Below, piece by piece: positions 1 through 12,361 of a stretch of 64,000 bases of DNA. Source of the stretch: Amphiscolops sp. MND2022. Lineage: Eukaryota. The notes below the pieces were generated by a model that was given only the letters and a program-made list of their open reading frames with translations, was not told the origin of the DNA and made no database searches. The number at the start of each line of letters is the position of its first letter. The first letter of the stretch is position 1. Both the position numbers and the translations under genes were made by a program. The stretch spans positions 73,286,001 to 73,350,000 of the forward strand of contig OZ076409.1 in NCBI GenBank assembly GCA_964187785.1, in the 5' to 3' direction.

Positions 1-958
1 CACCCCCCGTTACCCCTTGGGACCGGAAATGACCGTTATGTGGGTAAAATTGCAATATATGTACTTTTTAAAGGACTTTTAGATGCGGAAGGAGTGGTAA
101 TAGGTGCTTGGACACTATATGATGATAGGGAGGACGTGAGGCGAGCATTCGGAAATAACCGTTATGTTGACCCTGAAGTCCCCCTGGTACCGGAAGTGAC
201 CCGTAATGGTCAAATTTTGTGTTTAAAGGGTACAAATGTTTGGTGTTTTTTGGATAACAGTACCTATTAGGTGTTTCGACGGTCTGCAGTCGTGAACATA
301 GTCATGAAACCTTGTGGGGGGTAACGGTATATAGCACCTTAAGTGCAAACCGTTGGAGACAGGATAAGTTTTTTGGTTTTAAAATGTCTTTCGGCCTACT
401 TTTGTTGACTATTATGGACTATTTTTGAAAAAAAAAGTTTTTCCATATAGTTTCAGAGACTCCGAAACCTCAACCAACATAACCGTTACCTTATGATAGC
501 CTTTCAAGTTGGCCTGGTGTCAACTTGGAAGGGCTATCCTTCAAAAATCATTAATCAAGTGTGTTTTTGAGTATGTTTGTTTTACTTTAGAATCAATTAG
601 AGCTTCAAGAAAAGTTTGCCAACGATAAAAACTATGTCGTGATGATTCCGTTATTAGAATAATAGTTAACAAAATATTGATAAAGTTGATTTTTTACATT
701 TCAAATGTGTCCTAAATGCCAGAAAAACTCTTTACCAAACAAATGGTATTGATTGGATTGTATATAACAGCTAATAAAAGTTCAAATTGAATATTACGTT
801 TCATTATGGAAGCTGAAACGTCAAATTATAGTTTAATTAACGTCAACGCCACATACTTTACATCAACGCCCACCGTCTGTGGGCATGCCGAGGCATGCCC
901 TTCGACGACGTATACCAAATTCCTCCAACACAACACCCTCGAGCGCGGTAGCAGCTAG
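1..958 (+). mobile_element. Partial non-autonomous unit X (right part; CCGGAA-rich body, type-1 palindrome)
   Basis: Ends in the conserved right end and CTAG. GATAGCC...GGCTATC palindrome at 495-538. Body shares motifs with unit G (ggacXggaaatgaccgttatg). Confidence 0.75.
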
Positions 959-962
959 GTGG
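841..962 (+). other. Conserved right-end signal (example copy): CAACGCC/CGACG iterons, 20-bp palindrome, TTCGACGACGT, core CTAGGTGG
   Basis: The same motif order precedes 24 of 25 junctions. Palindrome GGGCATGCC-GA-GGCATGCCC at 881-900. Confidence 0.9.
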
Positions 963-1014
963 GCGGGGGTAATTCCCCTTCAAAAAATTCGGCCGGCGGG
1001 TTGGGTCCTGCCGG
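959..1014 (+). other. Conserved left-end double hairpin (example copy)
   Basis: GGGG-TAATT-CCCC at 966-978 and CCGGCGGG-TTGGGT-CCTGCCGG at 993-1014. Structurally equivalent stems occur in other families. Confidence 0.85.
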
Positions 1015-2498
1015 ACGTCAAATAGTGTGAAACATCCAGTAGGAAACGGCGACATAAATCAGCGATTTTAAAATTTAACCGTTAGAATTCGGACTTGGAG
1101 TGCATGCGGCCCCAAAATGCCCATACGAATCGAAGTTCCTGCTGACGTTAAGCGATAAAAACACTTTATAAAAAGTTATGGCCCATTTTACGTTCACTTA
1201 GAGAGGTAAAATGAGGAAAATTTTAACAAAGTTGCTGATAACTCAAAATACATTAGTTTTTGGACTTTGACTGTGAAACAAGCTTGGAACCTTCATTTCG
1301 TGGCTGTGGCATTGCACTGAACACAAAAGATGTGAAATTTTCACATTTTTTGAAAATTCGACATTTTTTGATTTTTTTTTCACTACTATCAGTACACTAT
1401 ATGTCAAAAACACCTCTGAAAAAATTTTTATTTGCTCAAATTTAGAAACCTCGGTATCCATGGTTTCCGTCAGTACCTACTCGCTGCAAAACGCTCAACA
1501 GTTTGCATCCAATGTGAAAATAAAATTTTTTTGGAGGTCTTAGGTGTTTCACAAGGATTTCTCAACTTAGTATCAATTTACAAATTGGTCATTTTGAACA
1601 CATTATTTCCATCGAAGCTTGTCGGCTATAGCCTTAATGTTCTAGAACGGTCTCACTGGCAACGTAGGAACCATTTATAGTAATAGAAAGTTTTAAAAAA
1701 ATTTTTTCACCCGGTCTTCAGTCATTTTTCAGTCATTCGGAACTTAACTTAGAAAAATTTCGACCAAAATACCCATTTTTTGTCAGGTCGAAAAATCAAA
1801 TTCAACTTTTTAAGCAAAATTATTAACTCTGACGTAACCCATGGGGCCCATGATACTCAAAACAACGATTGACACTGGTATCAGTGGCTCCAATAACATT
1901 TGAGTTGCGATAAGACGTTACTTTGAGCAATACGTCTCAATTGAGGTAAAGATCTCGCAAGCCAGCGATCACTGTGAAATGTGATTTCATCAAAAATTTA
2001 CTCATTTTTGTCAATCACTATGTGCACAGAATGCGTAGGGTGCGTTTCAGCACTATAATGAGGTTTTTGAAGGTATCGAGTTGCTCAAGGGGTGGTATGA
2101 GACATTTTTGTCCCATATACTACTGTATTTTCCAAAATTTTTAGCCCAATATCTGGAAATACAAACTTGACAAAATACTTTCAACTACTTTATTCAAAGG
2201 TTACATTATAGATGAACACTGTGGTTGATCAGAAACTTTCATCTCTTTCGTTTTCCGAAATATTTCCCTTCGCATGTGTTACATTTGTAGCAGAAAAAAA
2301 AATCGAAACTGAAAAATACGCTTTTTTGCTAATATAGAAACGCAATGATTGTGTCTAAAAACTCTTTAAACACTTCTAACGCAACCTTACGCACCCAAAA
2401 TGATCAAAACTGCTATTCACAATGGTGACATGTGCTCTTTCAACGATCCTGACTGAACAATTTTCGCAAATTATTCAAGTACCTGTTAACTGAATCTC

Positions 2499-2546
2499 GT
2501 GATAGCCTTTTCAGTTGGCCTTGTGTCAACTTGGGAAGGCTATCAC
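2499..2546. other. Type-1 subterminal imperfect palindrome (example copy)
   Basis: GTGATAGCCTT..AGTTG..CAACT..AAGGCTATCAC; present in all A units, X and E. Confidence 0.85.
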
Positions 2547-2941
2547 ATCAAAAAATTTTCAACAAAATTTTTTTTGTTCATTGGAAATGACAGTCGATAT
2601 ATAATTTCGTGATTCTATACTACCGTTAGTACCTTCCATTAAGTCACCTGACGATTGCATTCAGTCTTTGATAAATACCTATGAACTCGAATTCATATTT
2701 ATTAATTTTGTGCTAAAAATAAACATCAAAATTATCCAAATTATTCAAAATTGAGTCTTTACCGTTTTTGTTTTTCTTTTTCTACTGTTATTAGGCCCAT
2801 CAACTTCCTACAGCCACGCTCTCTGTCATTAGTACAACGCCACATAGTGTTGCGACGTGCACAGTCTGTGGGCATGCCGAGGCATGCCCTTCGACGACGT
2901 ATGCCGAATACCGCGGGCCTACGCCCGCGCTCCCCGGCTAG

Positions 2942-4929
2942 GTGGGCGGGGGTAATTCCCCAACAAAAATTACGGCCGGCGGGTTGGGTCCTGCCGGACG
3001 TTCAAATAGCGCGAAGCATCTAGTAGAAAACAAGGAGTCCTGAAACAGCGATTTTAAAATTGAACCGTTAGAATTTGGTTTTAGATTGCATGCGGCCCTA
3101 AAATCCCCATACGAATGGAAGTTCCTGCTGGCGTTAAGCGATTGAAATAATATATAAAAAGTTATGGCCCATTTTTGGGTCACCGAGAAGGTCAAAATGA
3201 AGAAAATTTTAACTAAGTTGCTGATAACTCAAAATGTGTTAATTTTTGGACTTTGACTGTGAAACAAGCTTGGAACCTTCATTTCGTGGCTGTGGCATTG
3301 CACTGAACACAAAAGATGTAAAGTTTTCTCATTTTTTGAAAATTCGACATTTTTGAATTTTTTTTCACTACTATCAGTACACTATATGTCAAAAACACCT
3401 CTGAAAAATTTTTTTATTTGCTTAAATTTAGAAACCTCGGTATCCATGGTTTCCGTCAGTACCTACTCGCTGCCAAACACTCAACAGTTTGCATCCAATG
3501 TGAAAATAAAATTTTTTTCGAGGTCTTAGGTGTTTCACAAGGATTTCTCAACTTAGTATCAATTTACAAATTGGTCATTTTGAACACATTATTTCCATCG
3601 AAGCGTGTTATATACCGCCCTAATGCTCACGAACGGGCCCACTGGCAACGTTGGAACCATTTATAGTAATAAAAAGTTTTAAAAAAATTTTTTCACCCCG
3701 TCTTCAGTCATTTTACACACTTTCGGAACTTAACTTAGAAAAATTTCAACCAAAAACCCATTTTTTGTCAAGTCGAAAATTCAAATTCAGCTTTTTAAGC
3801 AAAATAAATAAATCTGACATAACCAGTGGGGCCCATGAAACTCAAAACCACGATTGAGACTGGTATCAATGGCTCCAATAACATATGAGTCGCGATAAGA
3901 CGCTATTTTGAGCAAAACATCTCAATTGAGGTAAAGATCTCGCAAGCCAGCGATCACTGTGAAATGTGATTTCATCAAAAATTTACTCTTTTTTGTCAAT
4001 CACTATGTGCACAGAATGCGTAGGGTGCGTTTCAGCACTATAATGAGGTTTTTGAAGGCATCGAGTTGCTCAAGGGGTGGTATGAGACATTTTTGTCCCA
4101 TATACTACTGTAGTTTCCAAAATTTTTACCCCAATATCTGGAAATACAAACTTGACAAAATACTTTCAACTACTTTATTCAAAGGTTACAATATAGATGA
4201 ACACTGTGGTTGATAAGAAACTTTCATCTCTTTCGTTTTCGGAAATATTTCCGTTCGCATGTGTTACATTCATAGCAGAAAAAAAATCGAAACTGAAAAA
4301 TACGCTATTTTGCTGATATAGAATCGCAATGATTGTGCCTAAAAACTCTTTAAACACTTCTAACGCAACCTTACGCACCCAAAATGATCGAAAATGCTAT
4401 TCACAATGGTGACATGTGCTCTTTCTACGATCCTGGCTGGACAAGGTTTGCATATTTTTCAAGTACCTGTCAGCTAAATCTTGTGATAGCCTTTTCAGTT
4501 GGCCTTGTGTCAACTTGGGAAGGCTATCACATCAAAAAACCATCAACAAAAATACTTTTTGTTTATTAGATCTTACAGTCGATACTTTTTTTCGTGATTT
4601 TATACTACCGTTAGTATATTTCATCAGGTCACCTTACGATTGCATTCAGTCTTTGATAAAAACCTATGAACTCAAAGTCACATTTATATATTTTTTTGCC
4701 AGAAAATAACATCAAAAATATCTAAAATATATAAAGTAGAGTCTTTAACATTTTTACGTTTCAAGTTTTTGCCGTTATTAGGCCAATCAACGTCCTAGAG
4801 CCACATCCTGCCACATACTGTACAACGCCACATAGTGTTGCGACGTGCACAGTCTGTGGGCATGCCGAGGCATGCCCTTCGACGACGTATGCCGAATACC
4901 GCGGGCCTACGCCCGCGCTCCCCGGCTAG
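2942..4929 (+). mobile_element. Family A unit (1988 bp)
   Basis: Bounded by cores; near-identical to 44689-46676. Confidence 0.8.
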
Positions 4930-6207
4930 GTGGTCGTTAGCATGGGATTTTCTTTATGAGCGTAGTCCACTTTTTTTAGGCCGGGGTAGGGTCCCGGGCC
5001 GTTACCAATTTCTTACGGAGGAAAAATGTGAAAATCTGCGAGTTTAAAAAATTGGCCCGTACGATTTGGCTGAAAATTGGCATACAGCATCGTCTTGGTA
5101 AACAAATGACTTTGTCCTAGTGACATTTTGCCCAGAAAATTCAAAAAGTTGGTCAAATTGAAAATTTTTTGACCGTCTAAGGCTAAAATTTGACTTTTTC
5201 GCTTTTTTTTGGTCAATTTCCTCAGAACTGGTTGATTTTGGTGAAGTAAGTCATAAGAGGTTATAAGGTCTGCAAATAGCCATCAATTGGCTTGCATAAT
5301 CAGATTTTGTCAAAAGTGTTTAGTTTTTTCAAAATTTCACACTTTTTTTCATTTCAGTGTTTTTTGATACAATTTATTGAATTTTTACTAAGTTCCACTA
5401 AATATTTTTAAAATGTTTTTAAAAAACCTTTTTTTGCACGTTTTTGATGTTTTTTGCTCTCCCATATAGGTTTTCGCATACGGGGAACCTGAATCTGACA
5501 ACGAAATAATTTTATTCCGCAGTTCAACTTACGCCATTTTTAATAGTGAAAAATCACTCATTTTCAATCTAACGAGTGAAAATATCAGAATTTAAAAACC
5601 TAAAGTTGAGTTTAAGGCGACTTACAGGTAGAAACAAATGCTCAGAAACAAACGGATTTCTTGTATTAGCTAAAGAAAGCCTTTAAAATTCTTTTTACTT
5701 TCTTTAAATCAAAATTCGACACTTTTCATGAAATTTGTCAGTGGAAAAAATTTATCATTTTTTAAATTAAAAACTTGCTTTGTTGGTCATTTCCGTTAGT
5801 CATTAGTAGCTGTGTAATGCTCCAAAGCCTTTCAAGTTCTTTTGACCCTATTTGAAAATTTTTGATACTGCATAATCAATCCGAGAGAACGAAACAGTTG
5901 TGTACATTCCATCTCCCTCTTGGGGGAGATGAGAATGTACTTCCTAAAGTCCAGGTACTACAGATCATATTTGGTTTTATGCGACGCCCTCTATGCTAGT
6001 GCATATAAATACAAGTTGTTTGGCTGGATTTTGCTTCTGACTTGACGTATACTGTACGTTTGGTACTGACAATACCCATCATTTACATAACAAACGTCAA
6101 CGCCACATACCCTTACCAACGCCCATAGTCCGTAGGCATGCCGAGGCATGCCTTTCGACGACGCGCGCCAAACACAAGCGCGCCCGCACTTTTGCGGTAG
6201 CGGCTAG
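4930..6207 (+). mobile_element. Singleton unit C (1278 bp)
   Basis: Distinct body but shared left box (ccgtacgatttggctgaaaatt), type-2 palindrome at 5902-5940 and conserved right end. Confidence 0.75.
5902..5940. other. Type-2 subterminal imperfect palindrome (example copy)
   Basis: GTACATTC-CATCTCCC...GGGAGATG-A-GAATGTAC; also in D and all B units. Confidence 0.85.
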
Positions 6208-8194
6208 GTGGGCGGGGGTAATTCCCCAACAAAAAAATCGGCCGGCGGGTCGGGTCCTGCCGGACGTCAAATAGTGTGAAACATCCAGTAGGAAACGGCG
6301 ACATAAATCAGCGATTTTAAAATTTAACCGTTAGAATTCGGACTTGGAGTGCATGCGGCCCCAAAATGCCCATACGAATCGAAGTTCCTGCTGACGTTAA
6401 GCGATAAAAACATTTTATAAAAAGTTATGGCCCATTTTACGTTCACCTATAAGGGTAAAATGAGGAAAATTTTTACAAAGTCGCTGATAACTCAAAATAC
6501 ATTAATTTTTGGACTTTGACTGTGAAACAAGCTTAGAACCTTCATTTCGTGGCTGTGGCATTGCACTGAACACAAAAGATGTAAAGTTTTTACATTTTTT
6601 GAAAATTCGACATTTTTGATTTTTTTTTCACTACTATCAGTACACTATATGTCAAAAACACCTCTGAAAAAAATTATTATTTGCTTAAAATTGGAAACCT
6701 TGGTATCCATGGTTTCTGTCGGAACCTACTCGCTGCCAAACACCCAACAGTTTGCATCCAATGTGAAATTAAAATTTTTTTCGAGGTCTTAGGTGTTTCA
6801 CAAGGATTTCTCAACTTAGTTTCAATTTACAAATTGGTCATATTGAACACAATATTTTCATCGAAGCTTGTCAGATACCGCCCTAATGCTCACTAATGGG
6901 CCTACTCGCAACGTTGGAACCGTTTATAGTAATAGAAAGTTTTAAAAAAATATTTTCACCCGGTCTTCAGTCATTTTTCAGTCATTCGGAACTTAACTTA
7001 GAAAATTTTCGACCAAAATACCCATTTTTTGTCAGGTCGAAAAATCAAATTCAGATTTTTAAGCAAAATTATTTACTCTGACGTAACTAGTGGGCCCCAT
7101 GATACTCAAAAACACGATTGGGACCGGTACCAATGGCTCCAATTTCATATGAGCCGCGATAAGACGTTATTTTGAGCAACACGTCTCAATAGAGGTAAAC
7201 ATCTCGCAAGCCTGGGGTCACAGTGAAAAGTAATTTCATCAAGATTTTACTCATTTTTGTCAATCACTATGTGCACAGAGTGCGTAGGGTGCGTTTCAGC
7301 ACTTTATTGAGGTTTTTGAAGGCATCGGTCTGCTCAAGGGGTGGTATGAGACATTTTTTTCCTGTATACTACTGTATTTTCCAAAACTTTTAGCCAATTA
7401 TCTGGAAAAACTAACTTGACAAAATACTTTCAATTACTTTATTCAAAGGTTACAATATAGATGAACCCTGTGGTTGATCAGAAACTCTCAACTATTTTGT
7501 TTTCCGGAAAAAATCACTTCGCATCTGTTACATTTGTAGCATGAAAAAAAGCAGAATCTAAAAAATACGCAATTTTGTTAAGATAGAATCGCGTTGATTG
7601 TGCCTAAAAAGTTAATAAACACGTCTGACGCCACCATACAGACCCAAAATGATTGAACATGTCAATCAGAATGCTGACATGTTTTCTATCTACGATCATG
7701 GTTGGACAATTTTTGCATTATTTTCAAGTACCTGTTAACTGAATCTTGTGATAGCCTTTTAAGTTGGCCTTGTGTCAACTTTGGAAGGCTATCACATCAA
7801 AAAATTATCAACAAAAATGCTTTTTGTTTATACAATGTTGTTTTCGATAAACATTTTTGCGATTCTAAGCTACCGTTAGTACCTTCCATGAGGTCAGCTA
7901 ACGATAGCATGCAGTCTCTGATAAAAAATTATGAACTCAATTACATTTTTCTAAAATTTTTCTTAGAGAAAAGTACAAATAAAAAAAAACAATATAAAAT
8001 TCTAATCTCAAACAACTATAAATTGTTTGTTTTTCACCGTAATTAGTTTACGACCCATCACCCTATGTCACGGCACCGTCATTAGTACAACGCCACATAG
8101 TGTTGCGACGTGCACAGTCTGTGGGCATACCGAGGCATGCCCTTCGACGACGTATGCCGAATACCGCGGGCATACGCCCGCGCTCCCCGGCTAG
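6208..8194 (+). mobile_element. Family A unit, divergent subtype (1987 bp)
   Basis: Bounded by cores; colinear with other A units but with a more diverged right half. Confidence 0.8.
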
Positions 8195-10177
8195 GTGGGC
8201 GGGGGTAATTCCCCAACAAAAATTACGGCCGGCGGGTTGGGTCCTGCCGGACGTCAAATAGCAAAGAATATCTAGTAGGAAACGGCGACACAGAATCGCG
8301 ATTTTTAAATCTAACCACAATTTTTTGGACTTGGAGTGCATGCGGCCCTGAAATGCCCATACGAATCGAAGTTCCGGCTGACGTTAAGCGATTGAAATAA
8401 TATATAAAAAGTTATGGCCCATTTTTCACTCACAAAGAAGGGTAAAATGAGGAAATTTTTAACAAAGTCGCTGATAACTCAAAATGTGTTAATTTTTGGA
8501 CATTGACTGTGAAACAAGCTCGGAACCTTCATTTCGTGGCTGTGGCATTGCACTGAACACAAAAGATGTAAAGTTTTTACATTTTTTGAAAATTCGAAAT
8601 TTTTGAAATTTTTTTCACTACTATCAGTACCCCATATGTCAAAAACGCCTCAGAAAAAATTTTTTATTTGCTTTAAATTGGAAACCTTGGTATCCATGGT
8701 TTCTGTCGGATCCTACTCGCAGTCAAACACCCAACAGTTTGCATCCAATGTGGAAATAAAAATTTTTTCGGGGTCATAAGCGTTTCACAAGGATTTCTCA
8801 ACTTAGTTTCAATTTACAAATTGGTCACATTGAACACATTATTTTCATCGAAGCGCGTCAGATACCGCCCTAAAGCTCACGAACGGTCCTACTGGCAACG
8901 TAGCAACCATTTATAGTAATATAAAAGATTAAAAAATTTTTTCACCCGGTCTTCAGTCATTTTTCAGTCATTCGGAACTTAACTTAGAAAAAATTCGACC
9001 AAAATACCCATTTTTTTTCAGGTCGAAAAATCAAATTCAGATTTTTAAGCAAAATTATTAACTCTGACGTAACTCATGGGGCCCATGATACTCAAAACAA
9101 CGATTGACACTGGTATCAATGGCTCCAATAACATATGAGTCGCGATCGGACGTTATTTTGAGCAATACGTCTCAATTGAGGTAAAGATCTCGCAAGCCAG
9201 CGATCACTGTCAAATGTGATTTCATCAAAAATTTACTCATTTTTGTCAATCATTATGTGCACAGAATGCGTAGGGTGCGTTTCAGCACTATAATGAGATT
9301 TTTGAATGCATCGAGTTGCTCAAGGGGTGGTACGAGACATTTTTGTCCCATATACTACTATATTTTCCAAAATTTTTAGCCCAATATCTGGAAATACAAA
9401 CTTGACAAAATACTTTCAACTACTTTATTCAAAGGTTACAATATAGATGAACACTGTGGTTGATCAGAAACTTTCATCTCTTTCGTTTTCCGAAATATTT
9501 TCCTTCGCATGTGTTATATTTGTATCAGAAAAAAAATCGAAACTGAAAAATACGCTATTTTGCTAATATAGAATCGCAATGATTGTGCCTAAAAACTCTT
9601 TAAACACTTCTAACGCGACCTTACGCACCCAAAATGATCGAAAATGCTATTCACAATGGTGACATGTGCTCTTTCAACGATCCTGGCTGGACAAGGTTTG
9701 CATATTTTTCAAGTACCTGTCAGCTGAATCTTGTGATAGCCTTTTAAGTTGGCCTTGTGTCAACTTGGGAAGGCTATCACATCAACCAACCATCAACAAA
9801 AATATTTTTTGTTTATTGGATATTACAGTTGATACCTTATTTTGTGATTCTATACTACCGTTAGTATATTCCATGAGGTCACCTTACGATTGCATTCAGA
9901 CTTTGATGAAAACCTATGAACTCAAAGTCACATTTATATATTTTTTGCCCAAAAAATCATCAAAAACATCTAATATATATAAAATTGAGTCTTTAACTTT
10001 TTTACGTTTCAAGTTTCTGCCGTTATTAAGCCAATCAACTTCCTACAGCCACGCTCTCTGTCATACTGTACAACGCCACATAGTGTTGCGACGTGCACGG
10101 TCTGTGGGCATGCCGAGGCATGCCCTTCGACGACGTATGCCGAATACCGCGGGCCTACGCCCGCGCTCCCCGGCTAG
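8195..10177 (+). mobile_element. Family A unit (1983 bp)
   Basis: Bounded by cores; near-identical to 18514-20496. Confidence 0.8.
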
Positions 10178-12361
10178 GTGGAGGTTATTTTATAATAATT
10201 AAAGTGTTTTTTTCCGGAGTTTGTGGCTTTGGAAAAAACAAAAGGCGAGAAATTGGGCACTCCGGGCTGAACCGTATACACTCAAAATTCGCCCAATATT
10301 TATACGATCTCGAAACCCAGCCGTACGATTTGGCTGAAAATTTGCATGCGTCTAAAAAATCAGATTCTAAGAACTATTTCCTGCTGACATTTTTTTGAAA
10401 TTTTTGTGTACGTTTCCCCCCCGCCCCCTAAAGGGGTCAATTTTCCCCAATTTTGCACTTATGAGTCAAATTCTCAAAACTGGTGGATCTGAGCGTATTC
10501 CCGGCGGGGACAACTTTTAACGAGCGCTCCTCAGTAGACCTTTTTGACTTTTTACTTTGGTGGTACGTTCACCCCCCGAGGAGGAAATGGCGTTTTTGTG
10601 ACTTCCGGTCGAGGCTTTTTTCACCCAAAAAATAGAATTAAGCCAATTTTGAGCAGGAAGGAGTGGATTTAAAGTGCCTGTACCCTGCTAAAAATTTGTT
10701 GGGCTTGTAGCGATATATCTCATACCAAGTCTGGTTTTCACCCCCAAACCCCCCTTGGGACCAAAATTCACCCAAACTTTTTTTACCTCTGTTTGTAGTT
10801 TTTTGCAAAATGTCGTCATTTCCATGGGTAAGGAGTTGAATTAGGGGCTCCTAATAGGGTACCAATGTTCAAGTACACTTGCAGTGCAACTGAGTGACCC
10901 TTTTGGGGCCTCTCCTGTGTTCGGCAAGGACCGGAAGTGAGGTAAACCCCCCTTTTTTGACGTTTGTTGACCTTGAGACTCGCGCTTAGATGACGTTTAT
11001 GTCGCGCAAATCCTACAAACCAGTATTAGGATGACATGCTAGCCAACTAGAGAGCACTAAGGGAAACTATACTATACCGGAAGTAACCCCCCGTGACCGG
11101 AAGTTGTCATTTTTGACCGGAAATGGTCCAAAACATAGCGTAAAAGCAGTTTTCATTGCTTTTAAAGTCAACTCATTACTTTTTTCAGTCTGCGCGAGCT
11201 TGTCTTCAGATTCGTTTTTGTTGTCCGTGCACACTACAACAAATATACATCTGTAGAAATTTTGCTATAATATCGTCGGAGAGAGAAATAACGGGTTTTC
11301 GGAATTTTTTTTCAAAAATGTTTGTCTATATCTATCATTTTTACCCAACGTTATTCAACAGTAGAACCACAGGGGTTAGTATCTGCCAAAATATATGCCT
11401 AACAAAACCACTCGTCCCATTGGTTGCAGTTTGAGCGTTCTAGCTTTGCTTGGTCACAAGTTGAGGGACTTCAAAAAGTTTCAAATTTTTTTGGAAATTT
11501 TTTTTTAAACGTCACGTCTCCCAAAGTTAAGAATTTTCCACACAACTAGGATTGCAAGAGAATGCACATGGTAAGACCTATAAATGGAGAGAAAAATTCC
11601 GTTCAGAACGTCTCTTTATCGTTACGTGACGTTAAAAGATGTTGCTTTGAATGTGAATTTGATAATGCGTCGAGAAGTAAAAGTGTGAATGGATCCTATG
11701 TCTCGACAAATACTCATCGCAATACATACGATGAACCCCAATTACCCTCACTTTCAGTTGGCTAGTACATCAGCGTCTTCCAAGGACCGTTTACCTATTT
11801 GAAAATTGTCAAAATCATTATTAATATCAGTTAGCAAGAAATATTTCAGTACATTGTCATCTCTCCCCATCGGGTGAGATGAGAATGTTCTTGCTAAAAG
11901 TCAAGTACTACGGCCCATTTTTGTTTTATTGCGACGTTTTCTGTGCCTTAGCACAAGGATACTTTTATGTCATCTCACTTTTGTAATACAATCTGACTTG
12001 TTGTTATAAATTTCTCGTCATTACTTTACCTAAACTTACTACCATGCATCTTTAACGTCAAAGCCAAATTCATTTAGACGCCCACCATTCCGTAGGTATG
12101 CCGAGGTATGCCTTTCGAAGACGTATGGCAAAACACAAACGGGCAAATGAAAAGGGCTGAAATTCAGAAACAGTCACAAACAATTTTGACTATTTGACCG
12201 ATGGTAGGTTTTTATATGGAACTTACACATCACTGACATTTCAAAACATTCCAGCTGACGCCCACTTACAAACATCAACGCCCACGGTCCGTGGGCATGC
12301 CGAGGCATGCCCTTCGACGACGTATGGCAAATACCTTTTACGACGTCCCAACTTTCCCTAG
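10178..12361 (+). mobile_element. Singleton unit D (2184 bp) with duplicated right end
   Basis: CCGGAAGT-rich body homologous to E; type-2 palindrome at ~11848-11891; degenerate end at ~12054-12145 and intact end at ~12255-12361. Confidence 0.75.

Larger units (their letters stand above)
959..2941 (+). mobile_element. Family A unit (1983 bp)
   Basis: Bounded by cores; full-length similarity to other ~2 kb units; no credible ORF. Confidence 0.8.

Noticed and set aside
952..966. CTCF-like motif at the core
   Set aside because: Only a partial match, and the flanking positions vary freely between junctions.
2930..2952. loxP/FRT-like inverted arms around the 8-bp core (CCCCG..CGGGG)
   Set aside because: Present only in the commonest end combination and absent at other junctions, so a classical symmetric recombinase site is not supported.
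2830..3000. tRNA, 5S or snRNA gene in the GC-rich junction region
   Set aside because: No cloverleaf, A/B boxes or poly-T terminator that I can recognise, and the two halves reassort independently. An Rfam search would be needed to exclude it fully.
2985..3025. Alternative Helitron 3' end at the left-arm hairpin + CTAGT ~80 bp after the core
   Set aside because: CTAGT is absent in several subtypes (CCAGT, or missing in F and G), and sequence identity switches at CTAGGTGG, not here.
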